NCBI GenBank assembly: GCA_030704615.1
Contig: CM060733.1
Span: 5,270,001 to 5,334,000, forward strand
DNA from: Takakia lepidozioides
Taxonomy: Eukaryota > Plantae > Bryophyta
Direction of reading: 5' to 3'
Length of the DNA: 64,000 nt
Shown here: in pieces, positions 48,931 through 61,699 of the stretch
Position numbering within the stretch: the first letter of the stretch is position 1
Layout: every line of letters begins with the position of its first letter
Program-made: the position numbers and the translations under genes
The notes under the pieces: model-generated
What the model saw: the letters and a program-made list of their open reading frames with translations, nothing else
What the model was told of the DNA's origin: nothing
The model's database searches: none

Positions 48931-49923
48931 ATGGAAGAGTATTCGGACGACGAAGTGGATGTGTCGGAAAGCGAGGAGAGTGAGGAGGATGAAGAGAAGC
49001 CCGTGGAAGAGGCGCGGAAAGACGCCATCTACAACACCCTTAGCCTGCATGAGAAGCTGGAAGAGATTGGGTGGCCGGAAGGCATTGATTGGATTCAATC
49101 GCTGCGTGTGACTCACAACGATGATGAGGAGCCTGCTGATGTTAACGACGACCTGGCCCGGGAGATGGCATTTTACAACCAGGCTCTTGAGGGCGCTCGG
49201 GAGGCTTATGGGAGGCTGCAGGCTTATGGGGTCCCGTTTGTGAGGCCGATTGATTATTATGCGGAGATGGTGAAGAGTGATACGCACATGCTGAAAGTGA
49301 AAGACAAACTTCTCTTCCAGAAGAAGACTATGGAGGAATCGGAGGAACGGCGCAAGCAACGAGAGGCCAAGAAATTCTCCAAGGAAGTGCAGGCTGAAAA
49401 GCTCAAGGAGAGGGCCAAGCAGAAGAAGCATGACATCGAATCTGTGAAAAAGTGGAGAAAGGTGAGGAGTAACAGTGGGTTCACCGAGGGCAGTGATGAA
49501 TTTCCTGTCGATTTAGATGACAGAAGTCCTGCATCCGCTAAGAAGAGGAGAGTGATGGCATTGCCAGGAGACCGCTCAGGGGGGAGGGGTGGTGGTCATT
49601 CGGTTTCTCCAGGAAGAGGAGCAGCATCGTTTAGAGGGGGCAGAGGGAGGGGTGGTGGTCGCTCGGGTTTTACAGAAAGAGGAGCAGCATCGTTCAGAGG
49701 GGGCAGAGGGAGGGGTGGAGGGTCATTCAGAGGAGACAGGTCGGGAGGTTCTAGAGGGAGGGGGAGAGCAGGGGGACGATCAGTTACTAGGGATTTTAGA
49801 GATTCCAAGTTTGGGCACGGCGGCAAGAAGAGCATGAAGAAACGGAATACGGCGGATTCAGCAGCCGACGTGACCGGTTTCAGGGGAAACTTCAAAGGGA
49901 AGAAAACGAAAGGTGGGCCTTAG
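48931..49923 (+). CDS. EBP2: rRNA-processing protein EBP2, single exon, with RGG-rich tail
   Basis: DVNDDLAREMAFYNQAL, RPIDYYAEMVKSDTHMLKVK, REAKKFSKEVQ, KFGHGGKK...KRNTADS. Confidence 0.95.
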   Translation: MEEYSDDEVDVSESEESEEDEEKPVEEARKDAIYNTLSLHEKLEEIGWPEGIDWIQSLRVTHNDDEEPADVNDDLAREMAFYNQALEGAREAYGRLQAYGVPFVRPIDYYAEMVKSDTHMLKVKDKLLFQKKTMEESEERRKQREAKKFSKEVQAEKLKERAKQKKHDIESVKKWRKVRSNSGFTEGSDEFPVDLDDRSPASAKKRRVMALPGDRSGGRGGGHSVSPGRGAASFRGGRGRGGGRSGFTERGAASFRGGRGRGGGSFRGDRSGGSRGRGRAGGRSVTRDFRDSKFGHGGKKSMKKRNTADSAADVTGFRGNFKGKKTKGGP

Positions 49924-50769
49924 GCAATCTAAGCATGCTTCCTGCAGGCTTGTAGAGAGACGGGGTTCTGGGTTTAGATTGTGCACCAGTAACCTGAGTC
50001 TGGGCACTGTCCCCGGGAACAGTTGAGTTTCACTATGGCTTTGTTGGAAGTTGTAGCTACGGTGAGCTAGCAATCTCACAGAAATTTTAGGAACCTGTCA
50101 CATGTATGCATATGCATATCTGTATTCCCTTTTCAACCTAGTGCAATAACATATGGAGATTTTGGGATTCAGTTAAACCCAGAGCATTTTTGCTCCCGAT
50201 ATTGTGTGCAACATAGCAGCAGTAGTGGTCTGGTGATCAATGTCATATGAGCTTCGAAGTAGTAATGTCCAATTGACTGGAACCAAGTTAGCGAATCCCA
50301 ATTAGTATTTGCCGCCATGATTGTATGCAACATGATGGCACTATTGGTCTGAAATGACCATGAAGACCAATGGCTTATGAGGACAGACAGTACTTTCAAC
50401 AAGAGAGCCACAGGTTGTTTTCAGTTGATCACAGTTCATATCTGCTTCCAGGATTATATGCAACATCAAGTAAAGTAAGAATTAACCTCCTCCATAAAGC
50501 TGGAGGCTTTCCAGTTTTGTATTGCATCTCTTTAGAATGAAACTTTGTAGACGCCATTACAATAAGCAGTGTATTTTGCTTTACAGCAAGACTTGAATAT
50601 TTCTGCAAAGTATCAACTTCATAAGATTTGCCAATCAGACTCGTGGGGAGTTGCAAACATAAATGTATTTTCTGCATCCTTGGGCCAGGTCCTTCTCAGA
50701 ACAATTTTCTTTGGGTGATCGTGTAAGTCTCATGTGAATGAAGTTATATCATGACAAGTTTGTCAAAAG

Positions 50770-51320
50770 GTTGATATCCTGTTGTTGGCATGTGCAGGGT
50801 GAGCTAACTCTAACATTGGTGGTGCACTGCTAGCGATTGCCTTTCCAAGTGCAAAGTATAATTGAGAGAATGACCCAACCTGTTTGAGGCACTCAAAGTT
50901 GACTGGTGACTGGCGGGCATGTGGTGGCCAAATATGATGGCTGTTCCAGCCTCTCAGCCGCCTCCTTTGAGATGAGCTTGCATTTGCCCGTGTGACAGCT
51001 ATGGAGAAATACAACTCAAGTTTGCCTAGTGGGGAAGAATCTGCCCTGGTCCGACATTGTGCACCAAAGTCCTCGATTCATGATCCACTGTCCATGGGGA
51101 TGATGCAGCCATCGCAGATCTACATGAAATGATGTATGGAAGGAAGTTAGGGGACCAAAGGGCAAGCAAGAAGAATTCAGATGATTTGATAGTGTTCTAG
51201 CTTTGCAAGATTCTTCTTGATTTGTCTCTCTGGCTTCGATCACTGGTGGTCTTCCATGGTTGCAGGTAGCTGTCATATATCCTCCAAAGCTTGTCTTGAC
51301 AAACACTGCTTTGTATTGGC
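50770..51320 (+). pseudogene. Inverted, decayed copy of the TOM1-like last exon with intron end and 3' UTR
   Basis: Reverse-complement similarity to ~46120-46690, including the acceptor context TTGGCATGTGCAG|G and the terminus KNSDDLIVF* (stop ending at 51200). Contains indels and stops. Confidence 0.85.
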
Positions 51321-52559
51321 TCTTCTTTTCATCTCATTCATCATCATTCAACCTTTTACCTGTTTACCATATCCATGGAGGCAGTCTTGTCTATGATCTT
51401 GCTGGTGGCAAATGGTTATTCCATACCGTTTGGAAGGAGAGATAGGTGGATGATATAGCTATGTGCTTGGTAGTTGCTCGGGCAGTTCTTGGCATTGGAC
51501 AACAGCAGGAGACTGTTGTGTAAAAGGTTATTCCTTCTTTCACTGATGTAAGCATAGAGTACCTATATTCCAACACGGAAATACTATGCAAGGGCATCAG
51601 TCTTGAAGTTTTGTGTGTTATCTATGGAATCTGTGCAACTATCTTGTATCTGCACTGATGCCAACATGAAGTTTCTGATTGCAAGCAGTTTGATGGGGAA
51701 GTTGTCACATGTATGCTACACGCGCCTTCTTGGAATGTAGTTTGGAGGTTGATTTGGATGCTCTGTTGTGAGTGACTTGTGAGTGGATTCTTATGACTAA
51801 GATTGTGGACAGATGGTAGTGTACAAGTGTGGAGTAGCACCGCCACAGCCCTCTGCACTCTAAGCTGTGGCTTGTCCAAGCACTTTCCTTCCATGCCTTG
51901 GGGCTGTTATATTCCAGGCTGAGAAAGCTTGTTTAGATGAGGATATCACCGGATACACCTCACCTCTTCTCTCATGCATGCCACTGCAACAGCATCTGAG
52001 AGTCCCACAAAAAGGAAAATAAGCAATTGAAAGCTTGAAAATAAGCAATAAGCAACTTGTCGAGTTGAAAGTGGAGAGCACACATTTCAACAAACAACCA
52101 GGCGGAAGAGGGCAGACATTTCTCGAGTTCCTGGGGGAAAGCTTTTGTTAACCCCTTCAGCCATGAGGCTTTAGCGAGTATGTGCTTATGTTCGGTGTAC
52201 ACTTGTGGAAGAGAGTGTTGGTCCGGAACTACTTCCTTCAATTTTGGCTTCGCTCTTATATTTCCCTTGACATGTCACTAAAATCACTCTAGGAACTGTA
52301 GGGTAGCACTCATCTCCTTCCTCAAATACTGACGCTTTGCGTATGTGTATGCAATCTCATTATGTTTCCATTGTTTTAGGGATGTCATTTCAGCTTGTTT
52401 CCAGTCCTTTCTCCCCGTCATTTGGAGATGTTTTGGTATCTCCGTCTTCATGAACACTATGGCAATGGCGAATTTGATATTGTTCTCCGGTATAAGAAGG
52501 GCAACCAAAACGTGATGAGCATGATATAGGATCTTGTCTTGTGAGCTGAATTCCAGGCC

Positions 52560-55500
52560 ATGGCTGCTCTCTCTATATATCGTCACTCTCTTTCCAACCT
52601 TTCTCGTCCTTTGCTTTCTCACCCTCACTCCTCGCATTTCTGTTCGACCCCGGGATGTCTGTCCTACTCATGGATCTCCTCATCAAGGCTTACATCTCTA
52701 TGGCTATCTGGGATTCAAGGAAAATGTATAATGAATTTGGATCCTTTCGTTTCATTTCGTGATTCCGGTGGTACTTTCTCGGAGATGAAATCGCTTCATA
52801 CCGGAGTTATGTGTCTTCCCTCAAGAAGCGGAAATGCTGGTGATTCAACCTTCATGAGTACGTCTACTGCAGAAAACGGTCACGATCATGGTATTGAGAC
52901 ATACTCCTAAGTCTGTCAAGCTTGATTATATTAAGCTAAGTGATGCGAGAATTTGAAAATTGCCTATGTTCGTATATTTCGCCTGTCATCCGAGAAAGGA
53001 CTCCTTGCAGATGCCTCATAAGTAAAGGATATCGCTTGAGAGTAGGAAACATTATCTGAATGGGACAGCAGGAACAGAACTCCTGTCTTTGAGCATGGAC
53101 CACTTGATTGCATTGTTTTGACAACAGGATTGAGTGCAGATGCCATGACAGCTTTACCGGAAGGTATCAAGGTAGTGACTCCTCTCTGCGACCGGCCTGC
53201 AACACACGGAACGTGCCTGGAACACCTTTTGCAGTGGAGGAGAAAGGCCGAACAATTAGCAGCTTCAGTAGGGAGAGACTTTTATGAGGCGGATGGGGGA
53301 CCAGACTCAAGCGACTTGTTAAGAGAACTGGACTGGCTTTTGGATGACGCCGTCTCTGCTTGTTGTCCTCGTCCTCGAGAGTCTGACGTGCGTGTGAAGC
53401 ATTGGGAGGCGCGCAGCTGGAGAGATCTTAAGGCATGGTTGCCTTCATTGACCCCGAGCAACCATAATGAGATTCCAACCAGTTCAGGTTATCCTAGCAA
53501 CTCAAGAAAACATGTGAACATTTAGTGTGTGTGTGTGTGGGTGAAATGCATTGATACTATTTCGCTCATTTGGAATGTTGGCAAAGAATGCCTTGATTTG
53601 ATTCCCAACGGACCTTGAAAGATATACTAAAAGTTTTCTTAAGTTTGCGTGCTTCAAGAAAGAACATGTGTAGCTGAATGGATATTTCTTCCTGTTAGTG
53701 AATCTTCTTTGTGCTTCCCTCTGAGGGTAGCTCCAGGTGGAGACAATGCTGTCGTTTTGAATTCCTTCAAATTCACGGTTGCTTCCATTGGTTTCTGAGG
53801 GTTGGCGAGTGTGAGATATAAAGTTTTCTGCTTGCATGTGTCATTTGCTCATGAGTTTGCAACAAGTTTGCAACACCTTTCCTAACATCAAGTACTATCT
53901 AAACAGGTACTGAAGAATCTTCAACAGCAACGACAGGCTGTCAGGAGTTTGGAGCGTTTAGCACGTTGCTAAGAGAGAGTTATACAGATTATGTGGCTGA
54001 ATTGGCTGCAGATAGTGCCAGCACTTGTGACTCCCTCCGAGATAGCCTGGCAGATATGTCTGCTGATCTGCAACTCCCAACTGAAATGAAGAAAAGCAGA
54101 CTTGGATCTTCCAGGAAAATTGTTGTAGGAGGGGAGAAATTCCCAGATCTGGTGGAGGCAGAAAGCCCTTTAAGCGATCAAACAACCAATGCCCATGTGC
54201 TGTTGAGAGCAAGCATTGAGGAGTTGGACCACCAATGGGTTGAGAGAGTGAAGAACCGAAGGCCATTCCAGTATGTGGTGGGATGCACACACTGGAGGGA
54301 TCTCGTGTTGTGTGTGCAAGAAGGTGTGTTGATCCCAAGGCCAGAAACTGAGCAGATGATAGATTTGGCAGAGGCTGCCATAGCCTCGAATGCTTCCCTG
54401 GCAAAGGGGATCTGGGCAGATCTTGGAACTGGGAGTGGTGCCATAGCCATTGCTCTTGCTCGGCTGCTTCCTCCCTCAGGGTCGGTGCTGGCTGTTGATG
54501 CTAGCAAGACTGCCGTGGCTGTTACTCACCGAAATGTGGAGCAGTACACTCTTAGGGTATGAAGTGCTAACAACCACGTTGTCCAAGAAGCCTCAAGTGA
54601 ACAGGATTATGTAGAACCCTCTCTCTCTCCTCCGCCGTTTTATGTCTGGTCTAGAAGACTTTTGGAGCCTTCCATGTAGATTACTTCCATCCTGACAGGC
54701 ATCAAGTGCTACTTGCGGCAACGTGTTGTCAAAAGACTATGACCAAGCCAAGGGAGACCAAGGAGCATTGGTAGCCTCTTTGTAAGCTTCCGATCGAAGT
54801 TAGTAAGATTCCAGGTGTCTCAAGAGCCTAGTAGCCAGACTAGAGACCTTCTGAGAGACGGGCGTTGTTGGTAAATCCAACAAGCTACATGTTATTAGTG
54901 CAGTCGTGGCATTGCGTCTAACAATGCAGTATTGTGGGTGCAGGATCGAGTCACAGTAATACATGGTTCGTGGTTCTCAGCTATTGAAATCCAGAAAGGG
55001 ACGCTGGCAGGTGTAATGAGCAATCCACCCTACATACCATCTGCCCATATTGCAGGACTCCAAGCCGAAGTTGGAAAGCATGAGCCTCAATCAGCAATTG
55101 ACGGAGGAGAAGATGGCATGGATGACTTGCGCGAGATCTGTCGTGGTTCCTCTCACGCTCTCCGTGCTGGAGGTTTCCTTGCCTTGGAGGTAAGGACTTC
55201 CTCTTGCCCCTCCCGCTTCCCTCTATTTGGTATCTATTTGGATGCTATTCTACCGCACTTGTCCTAGTGTTTTCAACTTCTTCCTTTGTCAGCTGTTCTT
55301 TCGGTAAGAGCCATGTTCTAGTAACCAACCAAAGACAGAGAAGCCAGGGAGATGCCATCTCCTGAAATATACTCAAGAGCAGTGTCTGCCACCTATGTTC
55401 TCGTGACAGATGACAAAAGTAAGAATGCCTGGCATGAACTTTCATTTCCATGGTGCAATAAGCTCTCAGCATGAGGTCCCCACAATATTCCAGAATGCTG

Positions 55501-55938
55501 GTTGTCTTCTTTAAGATAGGGACCGTAGCAGTTGGTATGATGATATTTCTTGCATCATCACGGACATAGTAATATTCTAGCAACTAAAGAATCAAAGCTC
55601 TGAAAATGGAAGATTCTACAATCTTGAATATTCTGAATACCAGTGTTCTGTTTCAGATAGGAAACATCACAATTTACAACATCACAAACACCAGACAGAA
55701 CATTGTTATGTCAGATGTATTCTAGCTACTCTCAGGTGGCCAGATGATTTTCAAAGCTAATGTTTTGCTTTGTGAGGTTGTACAGACAAATGGTGGAAAG
55801 CAGGCAGAGGCTGTTGCTGATCTGCTGCGCAGGATGACTTTCAGTGATAGCAGTTCACCAGTTTCTTGCTTCCAGGGTGTCATGGCTGTGCCTGATTTTG
55901 CTGGGATACCCCGGTTTGTCATAGCCACACGCTGCTGA
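52560..55938 (+). CDS. HemK/PrmC release-factor glutamine methyltransferase, probably organelle-targeted, 5 exons
   Basis: RRPFQYVVG, VLIPRPETE, WADLGTGSGAIA, SNPPY, HEP...DGGEDG, DFAGIPRFV. Exons ~52560-52890, 53128-53487, 53907-54556, 54944-55188, 55785-55938. Ser-rich N-terminus. Confidence 0.93.
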
Positions 55939-58569
55939 TACATGCAGGGTAAGTGTGCTCTTGGCCTACAAACATCTGCCTGTCAGTTGTCTTCAGCATC
56001 AGGTATACACTTCATGCAAGTTTTTGTAGCCTTTTTCTCTGTCTTTTCCCCCTCCCTATGTCTCTCTTTCTTGAGCGAAATTTTCTGTTCACAAGGCTAT
56101 GGCAAGCGGTCTACCATTTTCTCCTTCCTCTGGCACTTTTTATATTGCTCTCTCATGCCCCATATCATAAATTGAGAATTGACAACACTGTGTTTGTTGG
56201 TGGTATGGAATGGTTCTTCAGGGCATCTGCAAAGAAGGCACCCACTTTGTTTGCTGACAGAGAAAACGCTCGAGTAGTTTCTATAACCTGTTTCCTTTCT
56301 CGTCAATAGAAATGCATGACGGTTCATCCACTTAAAGATACACTTGGTGAGCAGATTAGAGAAGACCTTTCGCCCTTATGGTTGGCTTTTGGATGCAGGC
56401 GTTTTAGCCCCTCTTGTGCTTGGAGAGGGATTTCTAGAAAATGTGCCAGTTCACCTGTCGAGTAGACTGTATGTCCATACTTGTTTTTGTACAACATTTT
56501 AGGCAACTTCATGTACATCCATGAAAGGTTCTGTTTTGAAGGTCACCTGTCGGGATAGGATTGACTGCAGGTGTCTTGGTATAGCAGAACACTCAGTTTT
56601 GAAGACCAGTGCTGCTTCATCTTTCCTTACTCAAGTAGCAGCAGCTGACACTACAACACTAGTGTCCGCAACAAGGCCAGTCGAAATGAAACGTTAACTG
56701 CAACTCCTTGATGGTTATACTTTACAAGTACTGCCAGGTCATGAAAGTGACAAGAGGGCAACCATCGCCTTCTTTGTTCGACCTTGTCATACACCCATGC
56801 CTGCATAAACCCAATTGTGGACTGAGGCCTGCCTGTCACAGGTCGGCAACAAGATCGTACATGCATATTTTTTTGCCTTAAGTACAAATCTTGATCCTCT
56901 TTCAATATGTAAATCGTACACAACAAAACCTACATATGATTGCAAAAGCGGAGCTGCTCCTTCAATCTCTGGAGAGGTCTTGGGGATTGAAGGAGAAACG
57001 ATCAAAGAACGCCAGTGTTTGCAAACTAGTAGTTGTCTATTTTGACCACCAAACTATTGTTTACCGAACGTCTCGCAGAGATGCGGAAGTTGATGTTGAG
57101 CAGCTGCAGTACGCAGGATCAGCTCTCGCTCCCACAATTTCTCTCTTCTCTCTTCTCACACTTTACACGTTTTGTGGGTGGAGGACATTCTGCATGTCTC
57201 TCACAAACCAACACCATATAGGTAGGAAAGTACCTTCTTCGAGGTTACTAGACATACTACTACTAAAATCCACTACTCTCATAACTAAAGCTCTAAAGCT
57301 TAACCGTTACCTTCAGAAAGGTAATCTTATCTACTTATCACACATCTCCCACCTAAGTGATCCTGGGCTCAAATCCTGGAAACGACCATCTCCATGCTGT
57401 ATCCTTAGTACGTAAATACTAGCTAAAAGTTAAAACATGTCCCGAAAAAAGGGATAAGGGACAGCAGGAGCATCAATCACAGTGCAAGCAGATCAAGTGT
57501 GACCAATCAATAGAAAGTTAATGCGGACCCGCCACCCGATTCCAATTCCAGAATCCGGTTTAGCTACTGTGAACACGGTCATACTCCGCCCAGAGTTCCC
57601 ATGTTCCCTGTCTTTATGTGCCCACCTATTGGGGCTCTTTACTTATTTATATGTATTATTATGATAAAGATCTGATTTTCCAAAGTTCATATACATTTAG
57701 AAATGATTTTCCCCGGGCCAGGATTCCCCCTTGATATTCCTCAGAATGGATGGACAGAAGGTAGTTGGAAAGGAATGAGGACAAGCTGGATGACGGTGTT
57801 TCATGACGGTGGATGAATGTGAGGGAAAGACTGAATGAGTCGTGGTAGGTGTGTCCTCAGTGGTAGATTCTCCCTTATCCACTAAGCTAACTTTGCAAGA
57901 CACATCCCCCGAATAATCATTTAGTTCACGGGAGAGGATAGGGGAACAATCCCATTGTCAGTAATATTTCATCACATTCCTCCTTTCATTTTTATTTTTT
58001 CCTTTCAATAAATCCTCTTTATCCAAATAAAATCTGAAGAGGTCCGCTATCGTACCGCCGAACCAGGCTGGCAGTTTATGGGAACATGGGAACGGCGAGT
58101 TGTGAAGATGGCGAGAATTGCCGGGTTTTGGTGGCCATGGTGCTTGCGGTCTGCTGCTGCTGTCTGTCAGACTGCGCTTGGTGAAATCTGGTGAATGCGA
58201 CAAATGCAAGTTGCAAGTTGCAAGTTCTTCCGAAGTCCTTTAAATCTGAAATCTCGTCTGAGTAGCTTCTGCAGAGACCGCAGCAGTATTCTGAGAGTTG
58301 TGAATCTCTTTGATGTGGTCTGTCTAACTAGTGACAGGTGCGGAACTACGAGATTCAGCGTCTGTGAATGGATGTAGCAGAATATCAGCTCAATTCAGTC
58401 ACTAGGATTCATTTCTAGTGAGCGAGAGAGAAATGCTTACAGCTACTCTGTTTGGAGCTGTTTTGAGGTAGGGAGAGGCTTGTAGGAAGAAAGGGAATCC
58501 TGCGGCTTTGCTCAAGACCGGTCTACGTCTCCTCTTAGACATAATCTTCCCCCTTTCATCCCTTTGACA

Positions 58570-59467
58570 ATGGCGGCAGGAGCTCTCATCTCTTCCATGG
58601 ATACTTCTCTCTCTCTGGCTCCGTTGCCTTGGCAATCTGCATGTTTAGGATCATTGAGAAGCAGATTAGCAAGCAGACCTGTACGAGGAATCACGAGAGT
58701 GGGGTCCAGAAGGCAATGGAGAGGGCCGGTTGTGCGTGCTGCTGGCATGGCGGAGCCTGACTCGGCTGGTAATGGTCACATGGCACGCATTTCATTCTCA
58801 TTCTTTATATCTTCGGAATGTACATATGCCTTTAGTGTGGAGGGACAAGCTTCTTCATTTTGGGATTCAATTTCAGTCCTAGGAATGGTATTGATCAATT
58901 ACTCTGTCTGTCTTTTGACATCTTAAGTATATATTGACCTTGTCTCTCGGGAAGTTATGGAGCTTCGGTAAGCTAGTATCTCGGGACCAATTAGCTCTGG
59001 AACTAACTGTCGGGCAAGTACATGTGCTCTCCGGCTTGGTTTGAAGGACACCCGTGCACGGGCTTGTCGACAATGATTTAGAAGTTAAATCTCCTAGAAG
59101 CCAATAGAAGTTATTTGTAATTGAGAGTGATATGTTGTATTTTGTTGCAGGTGGCTCTAGTATTGTAGATGCCAACATGATTGTGCTGAGGAAGCGAATT
59201 CAAAGCTTACGCACGCAAGATTCGGGCGCACAAGCTGAATGGATGGAGTGGGAGAGGACTGCGTACTCTAACTACCGGGCTGACATCTGCCTTCTGCTGA
59301 CTAATCTGCAAACCCGACTGCTCAGCATGCGGCCCAGTGTGGCCCTCTCTTTCGTGTCTGTGCTTTTCGCTGTTCTCCCAGTGGCATGCATCCTCTTTAT
59401 GATTGCGTTGGGCACTCAGCTCTGGACACTTCACATGGCACTAATGGATCTCCTTCCATCCTCCTGA
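58570..59467 (+). CDS. Small plant-specific protein with transit-peptide-like N-terminus and C-terminal hydrophobic segment, 2 exons
   Basis: Exons 58570-58768 and 59151-59467 are phase-compatible. Motif VDANMIVLRKRI...WMEWER..Y..Y..DIC...LQ..L...RP resembles a conserved uncharacterised plant family. Confidence 0.8.
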
Positions 59468-60984
59468 CTGGTTCGGGAATAGAAATGCAAGGGCGTTCTG
59501 AAGCCCTGTCAGCAAATATATTTAACCTGGTTTGTATGTCCTGTATTCAATGGGAAGAGTACAAACAGGAATAGTGGAAGAAAATGAGCTCCGAGCTCTG
59601 AGCATATATCTCGCCTACTACAGAGTTGAATAGGAGACAGACTGGGATACAGAAGATGAGAAAATGTTGGTCAAGCCAGCCACTGCCAACCCTTACTAAG
59701 TATTTAAGGGCTGTCGCAAAATTTGGTTGTATAGAACTCATCTTACACTGGACTCATCCTTCAACACTACAGTGCTAGTTACTTTGGCCTGTACATCAGC
59801 TGTATTGCTCTCAATACAACACGACACCCTAGGGTACTTCAGCACTGAGAGCAATGAGCTGTGTCTCTTTAGTCCTTATGTGTTTGTACGATGTTGCAAG
59901 TGTGTGAGGCCAGTACCTTGGTCCTGGAGTTTACTGTTGTAGTGACATTGTAATGCAGCTCTGTGTGCAGAGTATGCGAGTGTATCTTTTCCCATGTTCA
60001 CTAATGTTATTCTAGTCTTTAGGATACTCTGCTTGTAAGGTGCTGACACAAGTCCTTGTGTGTGGTTGATATGTAGCTTTCTTGAGCTTGTATGTGGAAA
60101 GTGCTGCTGACCACTTCTCACAAACAATAGCAAAGAATCCCTGGAGACGAGCACAATCTTATCCAGATGATGTAGTGACTCCTGGTAGCCGAGGCCTAGA
60201 AGACCAAACTTCAATACCTTGTCAGCTCTTAGGAGCATTGAGCAGTTGGGAAGAATCTGATCCTGATGATGCAAATAACGCCGCCCTTGTAAGATCATTG
60301 GACGCATTAATATTAGTGTAAGGTCATTATAACTTTTGATAACGCCTGCACACCATTTGGAGTGAGAGAGTGAGAGGCTGATAGGAGTCGAAAGTGATGA
60401 AACTCACATGTAAAGGATGTACAGGCTGAGGAAGGTACCGTGGCTGGTGCCAAGCAAGCCCTCGCAAGTTGTGTTCCAGCTAATATAACACATACCCCCA
60501 CTTGCAGCATTGTCAGATGCATAGTGTACATAACTGTCCCCATGGTTCATTTACATAAGACTGAACACGCGTGTGCAACAAACTTGTGTGGACCCTGATA
60601 GCCCACATCAAAACTGGAAGATAGGAACAACAAAGCATGAATCCCCCACTTTTCATGTCAATGCCAAATTTCCCCATGATCTCTCCTGATGGTGGAGCCT
60701 GCAGGGCTTCCTTCTCTATAACTTAGACGCTACTCCCTTCTGGAGGGTGGAGAGTAACAGTCCCGACATAACCTTGAACCTATAGTACCATAGCAACTGA
60801 GGAAATCAAACCTTCAGATCATGTCATTCTGCAGCGGCCTGTCGCTATTTTACCATCTTCATCTTCTCTAGTACAATAAACTCTCAAGAAATTATTGTGG
60901 TGCCTCGATAGACACAGGCTACATGACTGTCTTCTGCCAAGATATACATTTCTCAACCCTCATGGGCGTTAGGACTAGATGAGT

Positions 60985-61350
60985 CTCGGCTGGGTTTTAT
61001 GATGGGAGGATTTATGAAGCATGGGTGTGGTAGGAGACACATTAGCAAATGGTGCGGGAAGGGATGAAACCCGACAGGGTCACGTTTATGTGCGTTTTGC
61101 GATGGGTGCATGTGCGAGATTGGCAGGCCTGGAAAAGGGCAAAGAGGTTCATGCTGACATCGGCAATGCTGGAATTGTACCAGATGTCATTCTGAAAACT
61201 GCTCTGATGAAAATGTATGTAAAATGTGGGAGCATTGAGGATGCAAAAGGGAGTGTTCGAACATGTCGCTGGACGAGTTGTTGTACTTGGAGTGCTATGA
61301 TTGCAGGATATGTGCAGCGTGGGTGTGGGATGGAGGCTTTGGCACGAAGG
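60985..61350 (+). pseudogene. PLS-class PPR gene fragment, frameshifted
   Basis: QMVREGMKPDRVTFMCVL / ACARLAGLEKGKEVHA...TALMKMYVKCGSIEDA / TWSAMIAGYVQRGCGMEAL, broken across frames. Confidence 0.85.
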
Positions 61351-61699
61351 TCAACACTGGGGCATGGAACAGCGCTGGCAGTTCTCGAACACAATAGTGG
61401 GCTAGGAGGCTACAAAGATCTTACTTGGGAAAACAATTACCCTAAATGACAGTATCCTTCGTGAATTTTGGTGAAGTAACTAGCTTCTCATCATGAACTG
61501 CTTCATGTGAGTGCTGCAATGCCTTCACCAAGGCTGGTCACTTTAAATCAAAACCACCATATGGGTTGTAGTCCTATTTCTTCTGCTCTTCCCACCAACT
61601 CTCTTCTGAACACTTTAACCACCAACAAGAAATATATTGCCAGGGATGTGCATTTAAAGGATTGGAGCTTATGGAAAAGCTCTGTACTTCCATTGATCA

